A DNA stretch of 64,000 nucleotides from an uncultured delta proteobacterium (GCA_963792965.1 CAWBYW010000016.1:192001-256000), one strand, 5' to 3'. Counted from the first letter of the stretch, positions 29,455 through 40,574 are shown. The notes: a model not told the origin generated them from the sequence alone. Numbers and translations are program-made.

Positions 29455-31322
29455 TTAAAACGCGAACGAGTCGGCCGAGATCTCCATAATCGAGAGGTCC
29501 TCGGTCTTGATGGCCTTGGCGATCGCGTCGGCCTGCGGAAGGATGTGATGGATGAAATACTTGGCTGCGGCGACCTTCCCCGAGTAATAGGCGGCGTCCG
29601 TGTTGTCTTTCAGGAAGGCGGCCCAGCCCGTCCAGTCGTTGGGGTCGGCGCCCTTTGCCTTCGCGAGGGCGTCGAGCTTTCCCTGCGCGATCACGGCCTG
29701 CCAGGCAAGCATCCAGCGCGCTAATGACGATAGCCATCAGGTTCAAGAACGGCGCGGCGTTGCCGACGGGGATGCAGGAATCGTCCCTCTTTTCCGCACT
29801 GGGCGAAGTATGCGCCCATGCCGGCCAAGAGATCGACGCCTTCTTTTACCTTGGCGATGAGGTCCTTGAGCTTGGCATTATTCGCCTCGGCGGTCACGAA
29901 GGTGTACATCTCGGTGAGGAGGAACATAAAGTTCTTCCCGCCCTTCTGGCCCAGCTTCCTGCCGACGAGATCCAGCGCCTGGATGCCGTTGGTCCCCTCG
30001 TAGATGGCGGCGATCTTCACGTCCCTGAGGATCTGCTCCACGGGATACTCCCGTGTATACCCGTAGCCGCCGTGCACCTGGATCGCCTTATCGGCCACCC
30101 AGAAGCCGACGTCCGACCCCCAGGACTTGACGATGGGGGTCATCACCTCCAGGATCCCGTGCCATTTCTCCCGCTCTTCCTCGGTCTTACCCGAAACCGC
30201 GTAGTCCTCGCACCGGGCCGTAAAGTAGAGCATGGCCCGCATGCTTTCCGTGTGGGACTTCATCCAGAGCAGCATCCGCCGCACGTCCGGGTGATTGATG
30301 ATGGGCACACGGGGCGCCTCGGCGTTTCTGAAGTTGACCAGGTCCGCCCCCTGCAGCCTCTCCTTGGCGTACTTGACCGAATAGAGATAAGCCCGGGAAG
30401 CGGCCGCCAGCCCCTGCATGCCCACGCCGATGCGCGCCTCGTTCATGAGGACGAACATGACCATCATCCCCTGGTTCTCCTGGCCCAACAGCTCGCCGTA
30501 GCACTTGCCGCTGTCGCCGAAGTTCATGAGGCACGTGGCCGAGCCGTTAATCCCCATCTTGTGCTCGATGCCGCCGATGTTATAGTCGTTGCGCTCGCCC
30601 AGGCTCCCGTCTTCCTTGACGCGGAATTTCGGGACGATAAAGATCGAAATCCCCTTCGTGCCGGCCGGCGCCCCCTCGATACGGGCCAGAACCGCATGGA
30701 CGATATTCTCGGTCAAATCGTGATCGCCGCCGGTGATGAATATCTTCGTGCCGGTAATGGAATAGGAGCCGTCGGGGTTCTTCTTGGCCGATGTCTTGAG
30801 GGCACCCACGTCGGAGCCGGCCGCGGGCTCCGTCAGGACCATGGTGCCGGCCCACTGCCCGGCGAACATCTTTTCCATGTAGAGCTTCTTCTGCCGATCG
30901 GTGCCGAACATCGCGATCAGGTGCGCCGCGCCCTCGGTCAGGCCGGTGTATGAGAGGAAGGGGAAGTTACAGTTGAAGTACTCCTTGGCCGCGGAGTTGA
31001 GGAGGAGGGGGAGCCCCTGCCCGCCGACCTCGGGCGGGTGCGAGAGACTGATCCATCCGCCTTCGGCGTAAAGCTTGAAGGCATTCTGGAAGACCTTGGG
31101 GACATACACGTTGCCGTTCTCTATCCGGCACCCCTCCTTGTCCCCCTCGGACACCGCGGGCTCGATCACGTCGACGGTAAGTTTACGCGCCTCTTCGAGG
31201 ACCATATCATATAGGTCTTTCGATTGGTCGGCATAGCGGGAAAGCTCGGGCAGCTTATCGAGCCCCAGCTGCTCATACAGCACGAATTTCTGGTCCCGCT
31301 CGTCAATGACGTAGTTACTCAT
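29455..31322 (-). CDS. Acyl-CoA dehydrogenase, long (about 620 aa) type; two indels at about 29720 and 29775
   Basis: GTMVLTEP.AGSD, GTKIFITGG, EHKMGI, MNEAR, QVHGGYGY, IYEGTNGIQ. The C-terminal domain is in ORF 29455..29712. Confidence 0.93.
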
Positions 31323-31640
31323 TGTCCTCCTCCTTTGGTTTTCACGGAGTATATGAAGGGTTAGTAATAATTACCTGTCGGATACCCTACCGAATTTCGA
31401 TTCAGTTGTCAACAAATCTGTGAGGGTTTTAAAAAAAAGGGGGATTGGGGTGAAAAGAATACCGGAGAGCCACGATAGGTGATCGTGAGAGACGACGAAC
31501 TCAGACTGATGAATGCTCCCGGTTTTTGGTGGCCCTGGAGGACAAGAAAGAAGGGATAGGACCCTGTCAGCGAACGATCGGGCCGCCCACCCTTCTTCCC
31601 GTCCGGCCCCAAAAGAGCGAAGCCGTTTCGGGATGACTTC

Positions 31641-32168
31641 TCACGGCGTGACCTCCATTTCCATGAAGCAGAGGTTATGTTCCATCCTCCAGAGGATATC
31701 GAGGCGCCTGGCGACCTCACGAAACCCCGCGCGGAGATAAAACGTGTACGCCCGTGAGAGATCAAGGACCGTCACGAGACGGGCCCGACGAAATCCCGCG
31801 CGGCGTGAGAAGTCGAGGGCGCGTCCAAGCAGCTCCCTTCCGAGGCCGCGTCCCCGGAAGTCTTTATGCACCACGAGCCAGCGGATAAAGGCCGTGCCGT
31901 CTCCGACGCCGAGAACAAAGAGCACGCCGACGATGTTTTTTCCCGATCGGCAGACCAGGAAGAAATCGCGGCCGGGCTTGTTTTGCTCCAGCATCTCTTT
32001 GAGGGCATAGGCGGCGTCGATAATGAAGGCGCGATCCCACCCAAGCTCATCGATGAACACCTCACGCATGAGGACGAGTATCAGGTTTGCGTCGCCGTCC
32101 TTATACGGACGGATTACTGCGTCGACCCCGGGGGCCGATATCGTCCGGCGGAACGGAGTTGTCTCCAT
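31641..32168 (-). CDS. GNAT family N-acetyltransferase
   Basis: V...FRGRGLGR, A..FY.RAGF. Confidence 0.88.
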   Translation of the reverse strand: METTPFRRTISAPGVDAVIRPYKDGDANLILVLMREVFIDELGWDRAFIIDAAYALKEMLEQNKPGRDFFLVCRSGKNIVGVLFVLGVGDGTAFIRWLVVHKDFRGRGLGRELLGRALDFSRRAGFRRARLVTVLDLSRAYTFYLRAGFREVARRLDILWRMEHNLCFMEMEVTP

Positions 32169-32252
32169 GAGCTTTCCGAAAAAATGTGTCGGGCCGTCTA
32201 AACCTTTTGGACGAGGCTTTACTTTTACCGTAATATACTATATCATGCGAGT

Positions 32253-33017
32253 ATGCTTGTTGCACACATCATTCTGACATCGATGGATATCGTCGTCGGC
32301 GGGACCAACACCCGCCTTCCGATTATGTGCACGCTCGTGGAGGACGGCAACCGTCTAATGCTCTTCGACACCGGCTACTGGGAAAGCCCGGACCTCATGG
32401 CGGGCCTCCTCCGCCTCGGGTTTACCCCGACCGACGTGACCCATGTTTTCCTGACTCACTTTCACGGGGATCATGCCGGCGGCGTCGACCTCTTTTCGGG
32501 GGCGATCAAGGTCGCCAGCAAGAGGGAGAGCGATTTTTCCCGAGTCTGGCTCAAGGGTTTTGCCGAGACGCCTGATAGATATCGCTACGTCAAGGATTGC
32601 TTCCCCTACCTGTCCGACGCCGTCGTTCGGGAGCGGACGGACCTCCTTTCCGAGCACCTGAGGTACGTCCCCCCCTATTGGTGGAACGGGGCCATGGAAG
32701 GATACGTCTGGGTGGAAGAGACACCGGCGCTGGTAGGGTGTGTCGAGCCGCTCTCGACACCGGGGCACACACCCCATCATACGGCCTACCTTGTTAAGGG
32801 TGGGCACGGTGCCGTGCTCGTCGCCGGGGACGCTATGAGCCGCCGGGGCGCCAGCCTCGACGCACTGCCGCTCGATGAGCCCCACCTGGATCTGGAAGCC
32901 TATAAGAAGAGCCTGAACATCCTGCAGAAGATCCCGGCCTTTGTCGTCCCCGCCCACGACCGCCCGTTCGTGCAGGGGGACTGCCCGATCCGAACGGCCA
33001 AGAGGGTAGAATTTTAA
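32253..33017 (+). CDS. MBL-fold metallo-hydrolase
   Basis: FDTG, THFHGDHAGG, TPGHTPHH, AGDA, PAHD. Confidence 0.88.
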   Translation: MLVAHIILTSMDIVVGGTNTRLPIMCTLVEDGNRLMLFDTGYWESPDLMAGLLRLGFTPTDVTHVFLTHFHGDHAGGVDLFSGAIKVASKRESDFSRVWLKGFAETPDRYRYVKDCFPYLSDAVVRERTDLLSEHLRYVPPYWWNGAMEGYVWVEETPALVGCVEPLSTPGHTPHHTAYLVKGGHGAVLVAGDAMSRRGASLDALPLDEPHLDLEAYKKSLNILQKIPAFVVPAHDRPFVQGDCPIRTAKRVEF

Positions 33018-33131
33018 ACGGAGCGAGGGCGGGCCCGCGTCGTTTGCGACGTCTATGACGTTTGGCCTCTAATCATTTCTGATCCCTTCCGGCGGAAAGT
33101 TCGCGGCGGGCCTCTTTGAAGAAATAAAAAT

Positions 33132-33156
33132 AAGGGGCGGCACGCTGCCGCCCCTT
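33132..33156 (-). terminator. Rho-independent terminator
   Basis: AAGGGGCGGCA-CGC-TGCCGCCCCTT followed by a T-rich tail on the minus strand. Confidence 0.75.
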
Positions 33157-33241
33157 CCGCTATACGTCATATCGATAGCCGAGCTCTTCTCTTACGAGAG
33201 ATGGCTCACGCCCAAGAGAGATGTATCGCTTACGGCCGTTT

Positions 33242-33646
33242 TCAGTCCTTCAATCCCCATACGCTGATGACCGCCCGCACTAAAGTTCCCGGGCGTGTCT
33301 TATAGTAGAAGGTAATATTGTTAATGTAGCGGGGCGCATTAGGGAGATCGATAACCCGTGTACTGCCGCCCGCGGGGATGAACGCGCGGACCGGCACATT
33401 TATCACCTGGCCGTCGCCGAATTGGATCTGCAGGCTTTCGAAGTCTACCCCCCTGTCTCTCACCTGGATTCGTATCGCCCTGAACATGCCCATCTCCGAG
33501 GTCACCTGAATCTGATCCTGCTCCGAAACCAGCGCGACCGTTCTCTCACCGAGAAAGACCCATTCATCGGCTCGAGCGGAAAAGACGACGACCAGAATCA
33601 ACAAAGAGAGCACCGCTGCTATCGAAAACGCAACTCCTTTTTTCAT
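33242..33646 (-). CDS. Secreted beta-rich protein, DUF2541-like
   Basis: Signal peptide; W..LGERTV....D.I, F.DG, GGSTRVIDL, V.G pattern. Confidence 0.65.
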   Translation of the reverse strand: MKKGVAFSIAAVLSLLILVVVFSARADEWVFLGERTVALVSEQDQIQVTSEMGMFRAIRIQVRDRGVDFESLQIQFGDGQVINVPVRAFIPAGGSTRVIDLPNAPRYINNITFYYKTRPGTLVRAVISVWGLKD

Positions 33647-33918
33647 TTCTCACCTCCGTAATTATGCTGATCGACACTACAGTCTTATCACACAACACCG
33701 ACAAGAGAATTATCATACCAACGATTATCTTCCCGTAGCCTCCTCTTAAATACCTTCCATATATAAATAATACCTCCGGATTTGTCGGCAGTCAAGGCGG
33801 CGCAGAGGTTATCAACGATTCCATTTCACGGGAACGGACTTTCTCCTGTCCGCGTTTTCCGGGCGGTAGGACTCAGAGCGCCCCAATAACATCGGGGGGC
33901 ATACAGCCATCAGCAGCG

Positions 33919-33992
33919 ACTGAACGTCCACTCAATAAACTGAATGGCGATTCATATTTTCCTTGAAATCGGCGAGAACTTCCTGCTATACT
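33919..33992 (+). promoter_or_regulatory. Tandem operator-like sites plus sigma-70 promoter
   Basis: ACTGAACGTCCACTCA and ACTGAATGGCGATTCA start 20 bp apart, followed by TTGAAA-18-TATACT. Confidence 0.5.
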
Positions 33993-34030
33993 GTACTATT
34001 CCCGGCTATTACTGAAAGGAGATTCTCATC

Positions 34031-35338
34031 ATGGACTGGAAAGAAACGTACAAACAAAAAGTGGTTTCACCCGAACAGGCCGTCGCGCATATCAAGTCGG
34101 GAGATATTATCGCCATGGGCGGCGGACCCAGCGCCCCTCCCGATATCGTGGCCGCACTATGCAAGCGCTACCTCGAGCTCGAAAACGTCACGTTGGTCAC
34201 CGGTATCACCATGCACCTCTTCGATCTCTTTAAGCCTGAATACCGAGGCCACATCAACTTCAAGACGCTCTTCATGGGGCCGCTGGAGCGGATGGTCTTC
34301 AAGCAGAAAGGAAATGTCGACCCCATCTCATATCACCTGTCGCAGACGGACCAGCTCGTCTATCGTGAGGGAATAAACGTCTATTTTGGCGAGGTGAGCC
34401 CACCCAACGAGAAGGGCTTTATGAGCCTGGGCCCGATCGGCGTCTACAACGGGTGGCTTGCCGCCAAACATGCCGACCGGGTCATCGTACAGGTGAACAA
34501 GGAAACCCCGTTCCTTCACGGGCAGCTCACGACGCTCCATGTCAGTGAGGTAGACTGGATCGTAGAGAAAGACCATCCGCTTCCGGTTCTCCCGGAGATC
34601 CCAGTTTCGGAGGAGGACAAAAAAATCGGGGCGCTTGTCGCGGAAAGGGTCCCCGACGGGGCTACCATCCAGTTCGGGATCGGCGGGACCTCCAACGTCG
34701 TCGGGCTGCATCTCAGGGAAAAGAAGGACCTCGGCGCCCACACCGAGATGCTGACCGACTCGATGATGGAGCTCTTCGAGCGGGGGGTACTTACCGGCAG
34801 GAGAAAGACGTTTCACCCCGGCAAGATTGTCTGCGGCTTTTCTGTCGGGACAAAACGGCTCTACGACTTCATGGACAACAACCCCATATGCGAGTTCGCA
34901 CCGATCCATTACACCAACAGCGTCGATAACATCGCACGAAACGACAACATGGTCTCCATAAACAACACCTTGACCGTGGACCTGACCGGCCAGTGCGCCT
35001 CGGAATCCCTCGGCCATGCGATGTACAGCGGCACCGGAGGCCAGGTGGACTTCATCCGTGGGGCGGCCAAGTCCAACGGCGGCATGTCATTCATCACGCT
35101 CCCGTCGACCTCCATGACGAAAAATGGCAGGATCTCCCGCATCGTCTCACAGTTCCTCCCCGGGACGATCGTGACGACGCCCCGGTCCGACGTGCACTAT
35201 ATCGTGACCGAATGGGGGATCGCCGACCTGAAGCTGAAGAGTATCCAGACGCGGATCAAGGAGATGCTCAGGATCGCCCACCCGGACTTCCGGGATCAGC
35301 TTAAACACGAGGCCGAGGAGGCAGGGCTGCTTTTCTGA
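34031..35338 (+). CDS. Acetyl-CoA hydrolase/CoA-transferase (4-hydroxybutyrate CoA-transferase family)
   Basis: DGATIQFGIG, DLGAHTEM, VDLTGQ..SES, SGTGGQVDF, VTEWG. Confidence 0.92.
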   Translation: MDWKETYKQKVVSPEQAVAHIKSGDIIAMGGGPSAPPDIVAALCKRYLELENVTLVTGITMHLFDLFKPEYRGHINFKTLFMGPLERMVFKQKGNVDPISYHLSQTDQLVYREGINVYFGEVSPPNEKGFMSLGPIGVYNGWLAAKHADRVIVQVNKETPFLHGQLTTLHVSEVDWIVEKDHPLPVLPEIPVSEEDKKIGALVAERVPDGATIQFGIGGTSNVVGLHLREKKDLGAHTEMLTDSMMELFERGVLTGRRKTFHPGKIVCGFSVGTKRLYDFMDNNPICEFAPIHYTNSVDNIARNDNMVSINNTLTVDLTGQCASESLGHAMYSGTGGQVDFIRGAAKSNGGMSFITLPSTSMTKNGRISRIVSQFLPGTIVTTPRSDVHYIVTEWGIADLKLKSIQTRIKEMLRIAHPDFRDQLKHEAEEAGLLF

Positions 35339-35367
35339 GAGTGCCGACAAAAACGCCCTGAAGCGAT

Positions 35368-35393
35368 AAAAAGGGGGACCCGTTCCCCCTTTT
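35368..35393 (+). terminator. Rho-independent terminator
   Basis: AAAAGGGGGA-CCCGT-TCCCCCTTTT. Confidence 0.75.
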
Positions 35394-35437
35394 GTAGTAT
35401 AGTGCGAAAAAAAGAAGGATACCACGCCGTGCGCTCA

Positions 35438-36334
35438 ATGAGACCGATCGAATGGACACTGCTGGGTGTGCTGTCGATCATCTGGGGATGTTCATTTTTT
35501 CTTATCGCGGTGGGACTGCGCGGCTTTCACCCCTTTACCGTCGTCCTGATACGGGTAACAGTGGCCGCGCTGGTTCTTCTCGGTGTCGTTTGGCTCAGCG
35601 GCATACGATTTCCGTCCGGCCTGAGGGTATGGGCGGGCTACATGATACTGGGCGCGCTCAATAATGCCGTCCCCTTCAGCCTGATCGCATGGGGAGAGAC
35701 CCGCATCGACAGCGGCAGCGCGGCGATCTTCAATGCGACAACGCCCATCTTTGCCGGTATCCTGGCGCATTTCTTTACCACGGATGAAAAGCTCAACGCA
35801 CGCAAGCTCATCGGGATGCTCATAGGGTTTGTAGGCGTCTATCTCATGATCAGGCCGGAGCTTACCAACGGGCTGTCCTGGCGCGGCTCCGGCCAGGTGG
35901 CCGTCCTGGGCGCGGCGTTGATGTACGCGGTCGCCGGGATTTACGCAAAGAGGTTCAAAGGAGACCCCCCGCTGGCGACGGCGGCGGGAATGCTGGTCTG
36001 CTCGAGCCTCGTGATGCTTGTGCCGGCCCTCGTGTTCGAAGCGCCCTGGTCGGCGCGCCCCTCGCTTGTGGCGGTGGGCGCGATTATCGGCCTGGCGACG
36101 ATCGGGACGGCTCTGGCTTACGTCCTTTTTTTCCGGATACTTTCGACCGCCGGCGCCACCAATGTGCTTCTCGTTACCTTTCTGGTCCCGATCGGCGCGC
36201 TCGTCCTCGGTATCCTCGTGCTCGGCGAGATCATCCATCCGGAGGATCTGGCCGGGATGGGACTGATTTTCCTGGGGCTGGTCTTTATCGACGGGAGGGT
36301 ACTTGCGTACCTCCGCGCCAAGTGGATGTCCTGA
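35438..36334 (+). CDS. EamA/DMT family transporter
   Basis: About 10 TM helices; IWG.SF, PFSLIAWGE..IDSG, LGE. Confidence 0.9.
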   Translation: MRPIEWTLLGVLSIIWGCSFFLIAVGLRGFHPFTVVLIRVTVAALVLLGVVWLSGIRFPSGLRVWAGYMILGALNNAVPFSLIAWGETRIDSGSAAIFNATTPIFAGILAHFFTTDEKLNARKLIGMLIGFVGVYLMIRPELTNGLSWRGSGQVAVLGAALMYAVAGIYAKRFKGDPPLATAAGMLVCSSLVMLVPALVFEAPWSARPSLVAVGAIIGLATIGTALAYVLFFRILSTAGATNVLLVTFLVPIGALVLGILVLGEIIHPEDLAGMGLIFLGLVFIDGRVLAYLRAKWMS

Positions 36335-36418
36335 AAACGAAACGGACCGACGGTAGACGGTCTCCGTCTCTATCTGAGCTCCCTTCAAGCCCGTGCGTTA
36401 CCGGCCAAAAGGCTCGAG

Positions 36419-37564
36419 TTACTTCACCCCCCAGGCATCGAGGTTCTTGTTGGCGAGGTTGATCGCGGCCTGCCTCGTGGTGATCTTCGACCTCTGGCTC
36501 TCTTCAATGCAGTAGCGCACGCCGCTACGGATCCTCTTTGAGAACTCCTCGAAGACCTTCTCCACGGGGCACTGGCCCGTCAGCACCAGCCCGAAGCCCG
36601 CCGCCGCCCCGGCGTTGGCGATGAAGTCCGGGATGATGGGCGTGCCTTTCTTGGTCAGCGTCTCCTGGGCCTTGGGCGTGATGGGGATATTGGCCCCTTC
36701 GAGGATCAGCTTTGCGCCGACCGTCTTCACGTTATTCTCGTTGATCGCACCGGCGATCGCGGCCGGCACGATGATATCCGCCCCAGCCTTCAGCCATCCC
36801 TCACCGTCGTCCTTCTTGAAGGCGAAGTCGAGCTTCTTCCTGTCGATCGTGCCGTGCACGTCTTTTGCCGTGATCAGTTTTTCGACGTCGAGACCGTCCT
36901 TATTGACGATCGTCCCCTCGATGTCGGTCACGGCGATCACTTTTGCGCCCCGCCGGGCCAGGTTCCTGGCGGTGATGCTGCCGACGGTGCCGAATCCCTG
37001 GACGGCCACGGTGGCGCTCTTCAGGTCTATCTTCAACAGCGCCGTCGCCTCGTCGGCCGCCTCGGCGATGCCGTAGCCCGTGATGATCTCTTCGAAACTT
37101 TCCCCGCCGAGCTTGGATAACTCCACGTTTTCCGGGAGGTTCAGAGTAACGCCGCGGTCCTTCGCCTTTTTCTTGGCCATCTCGATGGGGTTGACGCCCG
37201 CCGCTCCGTTTATGATGGTCACATCCTCGGCATTCGTCCCCATGTCTTCCCCGATGGTATAGACGGTAGAAAGTAGCGGCATCGCAAGCCTACCGAAGGA
37301 GGCGTCGGCCTCGTTTTTCTTGGGGGAGCGGGGATCATAGACGATGCCCGACTTGGCCCCGCCGACCTGTACGCCCATGGCCGCAAATTTATAGGTCATC
37401 GTCCGGGCGAGCTGGGCCACCTCGTCTATGGTCACGGTAGGGCTCATCCTTACGCCGCCGCCGCATACCCCTCCGATGAGCCGGTGGACGACGATATAGG
37501 CCTTTAGTCCCGTCTCGGGGTCGTACAGGGTCACTTCGTACATGTTTTTCTCATTGACAGCCAT
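36419..37564 (-). CDS. Glu/Leu/Phe/Val dehydrogenase family protein
   Basis: GGVRM, MTYK, GGAKSGI, EDMGT, QGFGTVG, EGAN, PDFIANAG. Confidence 0.9.
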   Translation of the reverse strand: MAVNEKNMYEVTLYDPETGLKAYIVVHRLIGGVCGGGVRMSPTVTIDEVAQLARTMTYKFAAMGVQVGGAKSGIVYDPRSPKKNEADASFGRLAMPLLSTVYTIGEDMGTNAEDVTIINGAAGVNPIEMAKKKAKDRGVTLNLPENVELSKLGGESFEEIITGYGIAEAADEATALLKIDLKSATVAVQGFGTVGSITARNLARRGAKVIAVTDIEGTIVNKDGLDVEKLITAKDVHGTIDRKKLDFAFKKDDGEGWLKAGADIIVPAAIAGAINENNVKTVGAKLILEGANIPITPKAQETLTKKGTPIIPDFIANAGAAAGFGLVLTGQCPVEKVFEEFSKRIRSGVRYCIEESQRSKITTRQAAINLANKNLDAWGVK

Positions 37565-37823
37565 AGCGAGTCTCCTTTCCTCTCGTGTGGACTAAACACC
37601 AATGCCGAAACCGGCGATACCTCTTATAAAGCAGTGTAAGACTGCCTCGGATCAGTATATCGTATACAATCGCCCGGTGCAACCCAATACCCGACCGGCG
37701 TTCATAAAAAAGTCGAACGCGGGGATAGATGACGATCCCCAGACACGGAGTCATCGACAACGTTCGATCGCGCGGCGCGGCGGACCCACCCTTAGTCAAT
37801 CGTGGTAAGCGGACATCTCCCGC

Positions 37824-38291
37824 TCAGCCGATCTGCTCGACCAGGTAATTCTGCAGCCCCATCTGCTTGATCTGGTCCAGCTGGGCCTCGATCCAGTCGA
37901 TGTGGTCCTCTTCTTCCTTCAGGATCGATTGGAGGAGATCACGGGTGCCGTTGTCTCCCATCTCGACCGCGAGCCTGATGCTCTCATTGTAGTTCTTGAT
38001 GGCCGTAGCCTCGGCGCCGTGGTCGTTTGCGTGCATCTTGGGTACCTCGGCTCCGATGGAGATCTTGTTCAGGTTGCTCACGACCGGAATCCCCTCCAGG
38101 AAGAGGATGCGGGCGATCAGCGTCTCGGCGTGCTTCATCTCGTCGATGGCGCGCTTCTCGATGGCCTCGTCGAGGCGTTTGTACCCCCAGTTGTCGCACA
38201 TCTCGGCGTGGACCATGTACTGGTTGATGGCGGTCAGCTCCTCGGCCAGGCGGGCGTTCAGGTGCTCAATGACCTTTTCATTTCCTTTCAT
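37824..38291 (-). CDS. bfr: Bacterioferritin
   Basis: MKGN, ELTAINQY, IDEMKHA (heme Met), RILFLEG.P, EEDHIDW. Confidence 0.96.
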   Translation of the reverse strand: MKGNEKVIEHLNARLAEELTAINQYMVHAEMCDNWGYKRLDEAIEKRAIDEMKHAETLIARILFLEGIPVVSNLNKISIGAEVPKMHANDHGAEATAIKNYNESIRLAVEMGDNGTRDLLQSILKEEEDHIDWIEAQLDQIKQMGLQNYLVEQIG

Positions 38292-38589
38292 GGTAACCTC
38301 CTCTTTATAGGTGACTTCGGACCGGAAGACATCGTCTCAGGGTTGGCGCGTGCGTAGATCTACTATAAGTCTACCACACTTCTGTCGGCCGTCAAGGCGC
38401 CGTGCCGACCGCGACAAATGATAAGAGGGCGAGGGAGTGCTTTACAGGCGCCGGCGGGACGCCGGGGTCACCGTGAAAGGGACGAGCGTCACTCTGAATC
38501 AAGAACAGGGTTGGAGGAATGAGTGGACACGCTGGGCTATCGAAGGTCGGCCACTACAAAGCGCCGCCTCGCGGCCGCCGGAATGCGGG

Positions 38590-40113
38590 CTACATGCCCT
38601 GCCGGTCGAGGCTGCGGTATTGCACCGCCTCGGCCAGATGGTTCGTCTTGATTTCGGGCTCGCCGGCCAGGTCCGCGATCGTCCGGCCCACCTTGATGAT
38701 GCGCGAATAGGCCCGGGCCGAGAGCTTCAGCGTCTGCATCACCTTCTCGAGGAACTTCCCGCACTCATCCGACAGGGGCGCAAAGCGCTCCAGATCTCTC
38801 GTGGGCATCCGGGCGTTAAAGAAGTAGGGGCGATCCTTGAACCGTTCGTACTGGACGATCCGCGCCCGGTTCACCCGCTCCCGGATATCGCCCGACGGCT
38901 CGCCCGGCTTTTCGGTGAGCTCTTTATACTTGACGGCCGGGACCTCGATATGGATGTCGATGCGGTCCATCAGGGGCCCGGAGATGCGCGAGCGGTAGCG
39001 GCGGATATCGGCCGTGGTGCAGACGCAGTGCTTGTTCTGATCGCCGAGGTAGCCGCAGGGGCAGGGATTCATCGCGGCCACTAACATGAACCGTGAGGGA
39101 TAGGTGATGCTCATGAGCGCGCGGGATATGGTGACTTTCCCGTCCTCGAGAGGCTGCCGCAGCACCTCCAGCGCGTTTTTCTTGAACTCCGGCATCTCGT
39201 CCATGAACAACACGCCGTTATGCGCAAGGCTCACCTCCCCGGGGTTGGGGATCGTCCCGCCGCCGATGAGCCCCGCGTCCGAGATCGTGTGGTGGGGGGA
39301 GCGGAAGGGACGGACCGCAATGAGGGGCCTTCCGTCCATCTTGCCGGCCACCGAGTGGATCTTTGTGGTCTCGATGGCCTCCTCAAAGCTCATCTCCGGC
39401 AGGATCGTCGGGATGCGCTGGGCGAGCATCGTCTTGCCGGAGCCGGGGGGGCCCATCATGATGAGGTTATGGCCCCCCGCCGAGGCCACCTCGAGGGCGC
39501 GCTTGGCGTGGCTCTGGCCCCGCACGTCGGCAAAATCGACGTCGTAGCGCTTATGCGCCAGGAATATTTTCTGGCGGTCCACCTGCTGAGGGGATATCGC
39601 CTCGTCTCCCCGAAGGAAGGAGACGGCCTGGGCCAGCGACCTGAGGGGAATCACGTCGATGCCGTCGACCACGGCGGCCTCGGTGGCGTTTTCCGCCGGC
39701 AGGAGAATCGAGCTAAAGCCCTTGTCCCGCGCCGCCACGGTCATCGGCAGCACGCCCTTGATGGGCTTGGTCCTCCCGTCCAGCGAAAGCTCGCCCACCA
39801 AGAGGTGTTTGGCAAGGATATCCTTGGAAATCAGGTTTGAGGCCGTGAGGATCGCCACGGCCATCGGGAGATCGAAGGCCGAGCCTTCTTTCTTGATGTC
39901 GGCGGGGGCGAGGTTGACGGTGATCCGGCGCGAGGGAAAGTCAAAGCCGGAGTTCTTGATGGCCGCCCGCACCCGCTCCTTGCTCTCCTTGACCGCGGCG
40001 TCGGGCAGGCCCACCGTGTTGAGCATCGGCAGCCCCAGCGAGAGGTCCACCTCCACGTCCACGACATAGGCGTCGATGCCGAGCACGGCTCCGCTCTTGA
40101 CCAGAGAAAGCAT
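38590..40113 (-). CDS. comM: YifB/ComM Mg-chelatase-like AAA+ ATPase
   Basis: [44 protein letters not shown]. Confidence 0.93.
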   Translation of the reverse strand: MLSLVKSGAVLGIDAYVVDVEVDLSLGLPMLNTVGLPDAAVKESKERVRAAIKNSGFDFPSRRITVNLAPADIKKEGSAFDLPMAVAILTASNLISKDILAKHLLVGELSLDGRTKPIKGVLPMTVAARDKGFSSILLPAENATEAAVVDGIDVIPLRSLAQAVSFLRGDEAISPQQVDRQKIFLAHKRYDVDFADVRGQSHAKRALEVASAGGHNLIMMGPPGSGKTMLAQRIPTILPEMSFEEAIETTKIHSVAGKMDGRPLIAVRPFRSPHHTISDAGLIGGGTIPNPGEVSLAHNGVLFMDEMPEFKKNALEVLRQPLEDGKVTISRALMSITYPSRFMLVAAMNPCPCGYLGDQNKHCVCTTADIRRYRSRISGPLMDRIDIHIEVPAVKYKELTEKPGEPSGDIRERVNRARIVQYERFKDRPYFFNARMPTRDLERFAPLSDECGKFLEKVMQTLKLSARAYSRIIKVGRTIADLAGEPEIKTNHLAEAVQYRSLDRQGM

Positions 40114-40574
40114 TAAAAATTACCGGCCATATGAAGGAAGGCTTTGATCTTGTCGTTGGTCTCCCTAAGGCGACGGGACAGTGTCCTGACGAAGGCCCAG
40201 AGCATCTTGTAGGCGATCTCCTTGTCGAAAAAAAGAAGCTCGTCGAAGTCTTTCTTGGAGATGACGAGAAACTCTGAGTTTTCGTGCACGATTGCGTCGG
40301 CAGATCGCGGAGAGTCGTCGATGAGGGCCATCTCGCCGAAATAGTCCCCCGCGTTAAGAATCGTGAGCGCCTCCTCGCCCGCCCCGCGGATCGCCTGCGA
40401 GATCCGCACCGAGCCTTTGAGGATCACGTAGAATTTTTCTCCCTTATCACCCTCATGAAAAAGGAACGCCCCCTCGGGCTGCTTTTCGTTGACGAGTATC
40501 CGGGATATCTTGACGAGCTCTTCGTCCGTCAGGTCTTCAAAGAGATAAATCCCCTTGAGGATGGTGGGTTCCAT
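40113..40574 (-). CDS. Standalone cyclic nucleotide-binding domain protein
   Basis: [17 protein letters not shown] phosphate-binding cassette, no HTH; stop overlaps the comM start (TAATG). Confidence 0.9.
   Translation of the reverse strand: MEPTILKGIYLFEDLTDEELVKISRILVNEKQPEGAFLFHEGDKGEKFYVILKGSVRISQAIRGAGEEALTILNAGDYFGEMALIDDSPRSADAIVHENSEFLVISKKDFDELLFFDKEIAYKMLWAFVRTLSRRLRETNDKIKAFLHMAGNF

Noticed and set aside
29655-30953. Long antisense ORFs (for example 29655..30953, 12211..13254, 35492..36388, 46199..47251)
   Set aside because: Shadow ORFs opposite well-supported genes, expected in GC-rich DNA; no motifs.
32253-33017. MBL-fold genes as antibiotic-resistance beta-lactamases
   Set aside because: No signal peptides; the motifs fit generic cytoplasmic MBL-fold hydrolases.
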